Assembly (NCBI GenBank): GCA_012031655.1
Contig: JAAUUD010000001.1
Location: 1 to 44,237, forward strand
DNA: 44,237 bases
Reading direction: 5' to 3'
Source: Anaerolineae bacterium
Lineage (GTDB): Bacteria > Chloroflexota > Anaerolineae > Aggregatilineales > J027
Shown: positions 8,431 through 15,825 of the stretch, piece after piece
Layout of the letters: every line of letters starts with the position of its first letter
How positions within the stretch are numbered: the stretch's first letter is position 1
The notes under the pieces: model-generated
The model's database searches: none
What the model was told of the DNA's origin: nothing
The model's input: only the letters and a program-made list of their open reading frames with translations
Program-made: the position numbers and the translations under genes

Positions 8431-8810
8431 AAAAATTTCATGTATTGGAAGAGGTGCTTTAGCCCTTCCTGGTAGCTGTCTCGGAAGTCAATCACTTCCA
8501 GCACTTCCAGCGAAGTCGGCAAGGCATCTTGGGAGAAGTAAAGCACGATGACAGGCCGCGCGGTTTTCTGGAACTTGCGGATCACCAGTTGAAGCTCGTC
8601 ATTTTCCAGCACCGCTTCGGTCCACAAAACCAGGAGGAAGTAAGCGTTATTGAACTGTTGGGCCTGGGCGAGCTCCTGGTGCTGGTCCGCATAGACCAGG
8701 AGCGGCGAGGCTTGAACCTGCACGCGATTTTTGCGTAAATCCTGGCCCACTGCTTCGGCTAGGTCGTGGTCTGTTGGCGCGTGAATGAGCATGCAGATCG
8801 GTGTGACCAT
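8337..8810 (-). CDS. TIR-like domain protein, possibly the N-terminal part of a TIR-TPR fusion with the downstream gene
   Basis: The beta-alpha pattern MVTPICMLIHAPTDHDLAEAVGQDLRKNRVQV .. AYFLLVLWTEAVLENDELQLVIRK .. RPVIVLYFSQDALPTSLEVLEVIDF resembles bacterial TIR_2-type domains. The 3' 94 nt overlap the TPR gene, beginning at an A5/T5 run (8431-8435). The family call is by eye only. Confidence 0.45.
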   Translation of the reverse strand: MVTPICMLIHAPTDHDLAEAVGQDLRKNRVQVQASPLLVYADQHQELAQAQQFNNAYFLLVLWTEAVLENDELQLVIRKFQKTARPVIVLYFSQDALPTSLEVLEVIDFRDSYQEGLKHLFQYMKFLCLPGPGTARAPPEKPAWRSLNRHRTRRSSS

Positions 8811-8837
8811 GTAGCCAAAATTTCCTATGCAGCACAC

Positions 8838-9028
8838 TAGTGGTCATAAGTAAAAATGTTATGATAATGTGTTACACTATAACAACGTACAAACGGTGCC
8901 CCGTAGCTGATTGCTTACAACAAAGTAGACAAATCAGTTTTCAGGTTAGTATTTGTTTAATGGTACCATAAAACCTCTTTGATGGTTCTAGTAACAAGTC
9001 TGGCACGACATATTGAGGGTCAATCTTT
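8838..9028. promoter_or_regulatory. AT-rich divergent intergenic/promoter region with short palindromes
   Basis: A strikingly AT-rich 190 nt in a GC-rich context, lying between divergent genes. It contains the perfect palindrome ATGGTACCAT (8960-8969) and GTGT-T-ACAC (8869-8877) nested in GTTAT..ATAAC, plus several TTGnnn / TAnnnT-like hexamers. Confidence 0.5.
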
Positions 9029-9523
9029 ATGCCACAGGAGAATAGGCGTCCAGCAGATGTCGCACGAAATCGATTGTTAGGAGTTGCGCGCCCCCCAGAA
9101 TACATTCCTCAGCCGCCTTCGCCTGCCGCAGATGACCTTGCGGAGCGTGCAGAACACTTGCCGCCTGCCCTGGGTGTTGCTGAAGCAGCAGAGGAGGGCG
9201 AAGAAGCTGCTCCTGAACCGGTGGGCGGCTCAGAAATTCCTTTGCCAGGGCGCATCAGCATTTCGGATGCGCAGCGGTTGCACCTGTTGCTCGAAACTGC
9301 CCGCACCATTTCGGAATGGCACCTGGTCGCGATTCGTCGCTGGAACGAAGAAAACCTCATGGTGGCTTACCTGAGTGACAAAAAAGAAAAGCTGGATGTG
9401 GAACAGGCCATCAACAGCCGCCAGTGTATCCAGATTGTGATGGATGCCGTAGGGAATACCAACATCTACTATCCGCGCAAACGTAACTTTCTTGATCGCT
9501 TCCTGGGGAATGCGGGCGAATAA
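9029..9523 (+). CDS. Hypothetical protein (164 aa), no family recognised; acidic/Pro-rich N-terminus and a ~90-aa C-terminal globular part
   Basis: ATG with GAGGG 9 nt upstream. The stop overlaps the next start (TAATG 9521-9525). Codon third-position G+C is visibly lower than in neighbours: my hand count is 17/40 for the first 40 codons versus 27/40 in the next gene. Confidence 0.6.
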   Translation: MPQENRRPADVARNRLLGVARPPEYIPQPPSPAADDLAERAEHLPPALGVAEAAEEGEEAAPEPVGGSEIPLPGRISISDAQRLHLLLETARTISEWHLVAIRRWNEENLMVAYLSDKKEKLDVEQAINSRQCIQIVMDAVGNTNIYYPRKRNFLDRFLGNAGE

Positions 9524-10545
9524 TGCGCCAGATGGTCATTCCGCGCCATGGGCCACCAGAAGTCCTGACCTTGCAACAGGGCCCGGACCCGCTCCCGAAA
9601 GCCGGAGAAGTGCGCGTGCGTGTTCTGTTTGCGGGGGTTAACTTTGCGGATGTAGCTGCCCGCCTGGGGATTTACCCCGATGCCCCACCTCCGCCCCTGG
9701 TGGTGGGCTATGAGGTCTCCGGCGTGGTCGATGCCGTGGGCGAAGGCGTAACCTGGGCGCCTTCGGAGGCGCTGGTGATGGCGCTGGCACGCTTTGGTGG
9801 CTATGCAGATGTGCTGTGTGTGCCTGTGGAGCAGGTGACCCTCTGCCCACCGGGGATGCCGGCGGAACATGCGGCGGCTTTGCCGGTCAATGCGCTGACC
9901 GCCTATCAAATGTTGGCGGTGATGGGGCGTGCCCAACCTGGCGACGTTGTGCTGATCCATGGGGCGGCAGGTGGGGTGGGGTGGTTGGCGGTGCAACTGG
10001 CCCGCGCCCGAGGCGCCCGTGTTTTTGGCACGGCCTCGGCCAGCAAACATGCGGCGCTCCAGGCGCTGGGGATTGATGGCGTCATTGACTACCATACCCA
10101 GGACTTTGTAGAGGCGTTGCAGGACCTGACACAAGGCCAGGGCGCGGACCTCATCCTGGACCCCATTGGCGGAGGGCACTGGTTGCGCAGCTACCGTGCA
10201 CTGGCCCCAACCGGGCGTTTGATCCTCTTTGGACAAGCTGGCATGGTGCAGGGCACCCGGCGGAACTGGCGGGCGCTGGTGCGCTGGGTGCTGGGCGTGC
10301 CCTGGGTTGCCTTCCATCCACTGAACCTGATTAACGCGAACAAGGGGATTATGGGCGTGAACCTGGGCCACCTGTGGGATGAAGCGCCGCGCATTCGGGC
10401 CTGGATTAATGCCTTGCTGGAGCTGTATTCCGCTGGCAAGCTGGTTCCGCACATCGACCAGGTGTATCCGCTGGAAGAAGCCGCGCTGGCTCACCGCCGC
10501 CTACAGGAGCATGCCAATATCGGTAAGGTTCTGCTCCGCGCCTGA
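9523..10545 (+). CDS. NAD(P)H:quinone oxidoreductase / zinc-type MDR-superfamily oxidoreductase
   Basis: GVNFADV, GYEVSGVVDAVGEGV, VLIHGAAGGVGWLAVQLARARGA (dinucleotide fold), C-terminal HANIGKVLL. Confidence 0.85.
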   Translation: MRQMVIPRHGPPEVLTLQQGPDPLPKAGEVRVRVLFAGVNFADVAARLGIYPDAPPPPLVVGYEVSGVVDAVGEGVTWAPSEALVMALARFGGYADVLCVPVEQVTLCPPGMPAEHAAALPVNALTAYQMLAVMGRAQPGDVVLIHGAAGGVGWLAVQLARARGARVFGTASASKHAALQALGIDGVIDYHTQDFVEALQDLTQGQGADLILDPIGGGHWLRSYRALAPTGRLILFGQAGMVQGTRRNWRALVRWVLGVPWVAFHPLNLINANKGIMGVNLGHLWDEAPRIRAWINALLELYSAGKLVPHIDQVYPLEEAALAHRRLQEHANIGKVLLRA

Positions 10546-10592
10546 GAACATGTTAGGATTAGGTCGGTAACGGGTACAGGCAAGGGGGACTC

Positions 10593-11360
10593 ATGCGTCA
10601 TATTGCGTTGAACCACGCCCATAACTTTCGTGATCTGGGCGGCTATCCAACTTCGGATGGAGGCCAAACGCGCCAGGGTGTTGTTTATCGGGCGGATGCG
10701 CTCTGCCGCCTGGACGATGCTGACCGCCAAACCCTGGCTGCCTTGGGCTTGTGCGCTGTATTTGACCTGCGGGACGAGCGCGAAGTGCGAGACGATGGAC
10801 CAGACCAGCTGGGCGATGGCGTGCGGGTGATTGCCCTACCGACTAATCTGGTCAATCGGCAGATGTTTCAGCAGTTGATGCTGCGCCCGAACCGCTTTCG
10901 GATGAGCCAGCTCTACACAGGCAACTTTACCGAGCGGGCGACCTACCACGCCACGCTTTTTCGCCACTTGCTGGACCCCGCTAACCGGCCCGCTGTCATC
11001 CACTGTACGGCGGGGAAAGATCGCACCGGCATCGCAGTAGCGCTTTTGCTGCGTCTGGCGGGAGTAGCGGATAAGGATATCCTGGCGGATTATGCTGCCA
11101 CAGCCCGTTACATGGACCCCATTGCAGCAGCGCAGCGGGCCAAGATGCGACGGTTGCCGCTGCAACTGCACGAAGCCGTGCTGGCAGAAATGCTTTCTGC
11201 CCGCGAGGAAACGCTGCAAATCCTGCTGGATCACCTGGATGAGCGCTTTGGCTCGGTGGAGGCTTACCTGGCGCAGGGCGGCCTGACCTCAGCGGAAATT
11301 GACGACTTGCAAGCCTGCCTGGTAGAACCTGCTTCAGAGGCTGGGCACCTGTTGCTTTGA
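10593..11360 (+). CDS. Protein-tyrosine phosphatase (Y_phosphatase3-like)
   Basis: The CX5R P-loop HCTAGKDRTG sits in the expected position. The N-terminus NFRDLGGYPT is typical of this family. RBS AAGGGGGA lies upstream of the ATG. Confidence 0.8.
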   Translation: MRHIALNHAHNFRDLGGYPTSDGGQTRQGVVYRADALCRLDDADRQTLAALGLCAVFDLRDEREVRDDGPDQLGDGVRVIALPTNLVNRQMFQQLMLRPNRFRMSQLYTGNFTERATYHATLFRHLLDPANRPAVIHCTAGKDRTGIAVALLLRLAGVADKDILADYAATARYMDPIAAAQRAKMRRLPLQLHEAVLAEMLSAREETLQILLDHLDERFGSVEAYLAQGGLTSAEIDDLQACLVEPASEAGHLLL

Positions 11361-11433
11361 GGCGGCTCGTGCTATGATTGCAAAACAATTTTAACCCCTA
11401 ATAACTTCATCGCTAACAAAAAGGTTCGATTCG

Positions 11434-13153
11434 GTGCGCGTTGGAACTAAACATTGGGCGGTGCTGCCGCCAATGCCGCCGCAGGTGCGGGCAAGTTTTT
11501 CGAGATTTTCATCCCATCCTGGCACAAGTGCTGTATAACCGTGGGATTAACTCGGGCGTCGCGGCTATTGCCTTTTTGAGCGGGGCGGATGTGCTGCACG
11601 ATCCCTTCAAAATGAAGGGCATGAACCAGGCTCTGGCTCGCATTCGCTGGGCAATCAAGCGCAAAGAGCCGATTGTGGTCTATGGCGACTTCGATGCAGA
11701 TGGGGTGACCTCGACCGTGTTACTGACGCAAACGCTCGAATCGCTGGGGGCGCGGGTCCGCCACTACATCCCGCATCGGGTCGATGAAGGCTACGGCCTC
11801 AACACGCCGGCTTTGCTGCACCTGGCCCAGGAAGGGGTCAAACTGGTGATCACTGTAGACTGTGGGGTGCGGTCGGTTGAAGAGGTGGCGGCGGGCAAGC
11901 AGGCTGGGCTGGATATTATCGTCACGGATCATCACTCGATTGGTGATGAAATTCCCCCCGCGCTGGCGGTCTTGAACCCTAAACAAGAAGATTGCCCCTA
12001 TCCTGAGGATATGCTGGCGGGCGTGGGGATTGCCTTCAAGCTCTCCGATGCGCTGCTGCGGGCTGCCGAACGCAACGACCGCCACGCCCCGATGATCAGC
12101 ACTGAAGATTTGCTGGACCTGGTGGCAATTGGCACGGTGGCGGACCTGGCGCCGCTGGATCGGCTGGAAAACCGGACCCTGGTGCGGCAGGGGCTAGAAG
12201 TGCTCAACCGGGCCAAGCGCCCGGGCGTCTATGCGCTGTTAAACGTGGCTGGCATTGAACCCGGCAAGGTCAGCGCGACTTCGATTGGCTTTGGGCTGGG
12301 GCCGCGCATCAACGCAGCCGGGCGGCTAGAAAGCGCCCTGACCGCCTTTGACTTGCTCAAAACGGACGACTTTGACCACGCCATGCGCCTGGCGGGTGAA
12401 CTGCAACGCCTCAACGAGCAACGCCAGGAACTGACCCAGGAGGCGCAAGCACTGGCGCGTGGGCTGGCCAGCCTGGAAGATGGTGCTTCGCCCCCGGTGA
12501 TCTTTGCGGCTTCTGAAGGCTTCCTCAGCGGGATTGTGGGGCTGGTGGCGGGTCGCCTGGTGGAGGAATACTATCGCCCGGCAGTGGTGGTGGAGCAGGG
12601 CGCGGAGGAGTCTCGCGGGTCTTGCCGGAGCATTCCTGAGGTGAACATCACCGAAGCGCTGGATGAATGCGCGGATTTGCTGCTGCGGCATGGAGGGCAC
12701 GCCCAGGCGGCGGGGTTTAGCATCCTGACGGCCAATATCCCGCGCTTTCGTGAACGCCTGATGGATGTGGTGGGCCAGCAACTGCGCGACCGTGCCGAAC
12801 TGGAACCCGCTCTGACCATTGATGCAGCCCTGCCCCTGGCCCAGGCCTCGCTGGAACTGGCGGACCAGTTATCCAATCTGGAGCCTACTGGCCACGCCAA
12901 CCAGCCGCCCATCTTCATGACGGAGCGGCTCAAGGTGCTGGAAGCGCGTGGCGTGGGCAAAGAAGGCGCGCATCTCAAGCTGCGCCTGGGGGATGGCCCC
13001 GTGACGATTGATGGCATCGCCTTTCGGCAGGGGGATTGGCTGCACGAGCTACCGCCCTATGTGGATGTGGCCTATTACCTGGAGATGAATGTGTGGGGCG
13101 GCAAGGTTAGCCCACAGATGAACATCCAGGACCTGAGGCCCTCGCGGTTATAG
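11434..13153 (+). CDS. recJ: Single-stranded-DNA-specific exonuclease RecJ (5' end frameshifted in T5 run 11496-11500)
   Basis: DHH motifs VYGDFDADGVTS, VITVDCG, IIVTDHH and the DHHA1 block GGHAQAAG. GTG 11434 reads MRVGTKHWAVLPPMPPQVRASF and joins RDFHPILAQVLYNRGI if one T of the T5 run is removed. Otherwise the ORF starts at TTG 11441. Confidence 0.9.
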
Positions 13154-13155
13154 CC

Positions 13156-13779
13156 ATGTGGTGCGGCGGGAAGGCCACCTGGCGGCTGGCCAGGCCGGGT
13201 TGGGTGCTGCTGGGCGTGTTGGCCTGGTTGCTGGGGGGGCAGGCGGGGCAAGCTGCCCAGCCCTTCCCAGGTAGCGAATACATCATCAAAACGGTGGACC
13301 GCCCCGTGGCTGGGGTCGGTGATGTGCTCACCTACACCATCACCTTTCGGAACCCGGGGTCGCAATTTCTGGTGCAGGTGGTGGTCACTGATACCTTTGA
13401 TGCACGCCTGGATGATATCCGCGTGATCTCCGAAGCCCTGGGAACGACCATCATCCGTGGCAAAACAATCACCGTGCAGGAAATCACCCTGGCACCTGGC
13501 CAGAGTGCCAGTTTGACGGTGCAGGCAACCGTTTCCCAACGGGCACGAACCGGCGACCTCATCCTGAACAGCGCCACCCTGGAATCGCCCGAAGTGAGCG
13601 TAAACTTTAGCAATCAGGTCGTGACCAGCGTGATCACGGATGGGGTTGCTTCTCCACGTGATCAAGGCGGGTTGAGCGTGCTGCTCTGGAACGCGATGCC
13701 GCTTGTGGTGGTTGCGAGTATGCTGGGCTTGCTGGTGGTTTCGTTGCGGACCCGGCGCCGCTTGCGGCGGCGGAGCTAG
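13156..13779 (+). CDS. Secreted DUF11-type (conserved repeat domain) surface protein with a C-terminal TM anchor and Arg-rich tail
   Basis: Signal-like N-terminus (WVLLGVLAWLLGGQAGQAAQ). DUF11 hallmark VAGVGDVLTYTITFRNPGSQFLVQVVVTDTF. The C-terminus is ..DQGGLSVLLWNAMPLVVVASMLGLLVVSLRTRRRLRRRS. Confidence 0.6.
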   Translation: MWCGGKATWRLARPGWVLLGVLAWLLGGQAGQAAQPFPGSEYIIKTVDRPVAGVGDVLTYTITFRNPGSQFLVQVVVTDTFDARLDDIRVISEALGTTIIRGKTITVQEITLAPGQSASLTVQATVSQRARTGDLILNSATLESPEVSVNFSNQVVTSVITDGVASPRDQGGLSVLLWNAMPLVVVASMLGLLVVSLRTRRRLRRRS

Positions 13780-14549
13780 CCAGCCCAGCCCCGAGGCAAG
13801 GGGTGTTTGGCCTGGGTATCCCCTTGGCCGGGTGCGTCATCATCTTCGGTTTCTTCCACGTAAATCAGTTGAACACTTCCCAGGCTCAGCACATCGCCGT
13901 TCTGGAGGATGTGCTCAACAATGCGCTGATGGTTGACATAGGTGCCGTGTGAGCTGTTCAGGTCGTAGAGGGTGTGTCGACCGTGGCGCAGCCGAATCTG
14001 GCAGTGCCAGCGGCTGATGCGCGGGTCCTCCAGCACCACGTGGTTGTCCGCATGGCGCCCCAGGTTAATGATGGGGCGTTTCAGCATAAAGGCGGCGCGG
14101 CCCTGAGCGATGAGCATGGCGCGCGGGTGCACCAGGGGGGGCGCCGTGGAGATGCGGTCCACTTTATCGGTGCGGGTGGAGAGGCTGGTAGGGCGCAGGC
14201 TGAGTTCGACCATGACGGTCGCCGGGGCGCGCCTGAGGTCGGCTACCAGCTCCAGGGCAGGCACATGCAACATTTTGACCCCGCGCTCGCGCAGGTGATG
14301 CAGCAAATCCAGGCTCAGCCGAGACGCTAAATCCGGGTGCTGCTGAAGCAGGGCGCTATGGTCGGCGGGGTGCAGTTCCAGCACCACCTGCAAGGGAGTT
14401 TCGGCCTGGGCGGGGGTGTGCAATGCCAGACTGGCTTCCCAGGCCCGTATCATCGCCCGCAAAAGGGCTGTTGGGTCTAGCTGGCGGCTGAACAGGCGCT
14501 CAACCAGGTGTTCCAGACGGGTTTCAAAACGTTGCAGCGGTGTGCTCAT
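13776..14549 (-). CDS. FHA-domain protein, FhaA-like (DUF3662-type N-domain plus C-terminal FHA)
   Basis: The N-terminus is MSTPLQRFETRLEHLVERLFSR. The C-terminus INLGRHADNHVVLEDPRISRWHCQIRL..LYDLNSSHGTYVNHQRI..GDVLSLGSVQLIYV matches the FHA pattern (G-R..S-x-x-H..N-G). ATG 14549 was chosen over the 14642 ORF start. Confidence 0.8.
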   Translation of the reverse strand: MSTPLQRFETRLEHLVERLFSRQLDPTALLRAMIRAWEASLALHTPAQAETPLQVVLELHPADHSALLQQHPDLASRLSLDLLHHLRERGVKMLHVPALELVADLRRAPATVMVELSLRPTSLSTRTDKVDRISTAPPLVHPRAMLIAQGRAAFMLKRPIINLGRHADNHVVLEDPRISRWHCQIRLRHGRHTLYDLNSSHGTYVNHQRIVEHILQNGDVLSLGSVQLIYVEETEDDDAPGQGDTQAKHPLPRGWAG

Positions 14550-14654
14550 GCTTTCAGTATGCACTAACCAGGCTGGGCCAGGCAAGCAGCGTTGTATGAG
14601 AGCGCCGAAGCGCCGCCCTGCCGCCAACCTGGCCTGCTCCATCCACCAGCCTGC

Positions 14655-15617
14655 TCAATGCTGGCGCAGGATGAGATTCACGTATTGGGCGCGCTCGAAG
14701 GTTTGCGGATGCGGGTAGTGCATCTGGCTGAGCTTGCCCCGGAATTCATCCAGGTGCCCATATTCGTGCGTTTCCATCCAGCTTTTTAGCTCGTTGCGGA
14801 TGGTTTCCAGGTAGCCCAGCCCGTTACGCAGCAGGGCCGAAGCCACCTGAACCACCTGCGCACCCGCCAGGATGGCCTTCACGGCATCCAGCCCACTATG
14901 CACGCCGGTATTCAGGGCCAGCTCTGCCTGCACACGCCCATAGAGGATCGCCGTCCAGCGCAGCGGCAGGCGGATTTCCTCGGGGCTGCTCAGAAACATA
15001 TCGCTGTGCAGGGTCAGGTCATCCAGTTGGATATCGGGTTGCAAAAAGCGGTTGAAAAGCACCAGGCCTGCAACGCCACGTTCGGCCAATTGGTGGGCGA
15101 TGTGCGCCACCGAGGTGTGGTAGGGGCTGAGCTTGACGGCAATGGGGAGCTTGACCGCCTGGTGTACGGCGGCCACCGTATCCAGCAGCTCTTGCTCAAT
15201 TTCGGCACCAGAGCGCTCTACGCTGGTCTCAACGCGGTAGAAATTGAGTTCCAGCGCGTTGACGCCGGTGCTTTCCAGCGCCTGGGCGTACCTGACCCAA
15301 CTGGCAGGTTGCACGCAGTTCAGGCTACCGATGAGCGGGAGCTTAACCTGCTGGCGGGTGCGTTCGGTCCACTGGAGGTGATCTTTGACCCCGCTCTGCT
15401 CCAGGGTGGGGAAGTAAGCGGCATGGATAGAGCCGAGATCAAAGTCAGGATCATCATGAAAAGCCTGTTCTTCAAACAAAGAGCGGATCACCACCGCGCC
15501 AGCGCCGTTGGCTTCTACTTTCTCGATCCGGTCAATCATGTTGGAAACAGAACTGGCGGCAACAACAAGTGGGCTAGCCAGGGAAAGCCCCATATAAGTG
15601 GTGGCAAGGTCAGCCAT
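14655..15617 (-). CDS. Dihydroorotate dehydrogenase-like (class 1 DHOD/DHPD family) flavoprotein
   Basis: MADLATTYMGLSLASPLVVAASSVSN.., TIM-barrel FMN blocks (LPIAVKLSP, GVAGLVLFNR, LALNTGVHSG). ATG 15617 is preceded by AAGGAT. Confidence 0.75.
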   Translation of the reverse strand: MADLATTYMGLSLASPLVVAASSVSNMIDRIEKVEANGAGAVVIRSLFEEQAFHDDPDFDLGSIHAAYFPTLEQSGVKDHLQWTERTRQQVKLPLIGSLNCVQPASWVRYAQALESTGVNALELNFYRVETSVERSGAEIEQELLDTVAAVHQAVKLPIAVKLSPYHTSVAHIAHQLAERGVAGLVLFNRFLQPDIQLDDLTLHSDMFLSSPEEIRLPLRWTAILYGRVQAELALNTGVHSGLDAVKAILAGAQVVQVASALLRNGLGYLETIRNELKSWMETHEYGHLDEFRGKLSQMHYPHPQTFERAQYVNLILRQH

Positions 15618-15764
15618 GCGAATATCCTTGTCTTTCCAATGCAAATGCAAATGCTGCTTAATTGTACTGAATCCAGCGCCAAGTATCACCTATCAGTTCA
15701 AAATGGGGTGGGCCGGGCTGTGTTTTTTTTGGTATCCCGCCCTAGATAGGGTATGATTAGCGAT

Positions 15765-15793
15765 TGTGTGTTGGGTTGACGCGCCAACACACA
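15765..15793 (+). promoter_or_regulatory. 10-bp perfect-stem hairpin in the leader of the acetyl-CoA synthetase gene
   Basis: TGTGTGTTGG (15765-15774), a 9-nt loop GTTGACGCG, then CCAACACACA (15784-15793). It lies 33 nt upstream of ATG 15826. Confidence 0.3.
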
Positions 15794-15825
15794 CTTCGTG
15801 TTGTGCATTTCAATGGGGCGAATTT

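Noticed and set aside
7117-9523. A complete Thoeris-like or other known TIR defence system.
   Set aside because: Only a TIR-like domain and TPR repeats are visible. No ThsA (SIR2 or Macro/SLOG), STING, CBASS or nuclease effector gene is adjacent. The neighbouring 164-aa ORF has no recognisable effector motif.
11423-11434. tRNA-like T-loop sequence GGTTCGATTCGG in the spacer upstream of recJ.
   Set aside because: The flanking bases cannot form a T-stem, an acceptor stem or an anticodon arm, and the surrounding sequence is AT-rich and unstructured. It is not a tRNA.
15638-15654. Tandem AATGCA repeat, considered as a possible CRISPR or VNTR-like array.
   Set aside because: There are only 2.8 copies of a 6-mer and no spacers. 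No other direct-repeat arrays were seen anywhere in the window.
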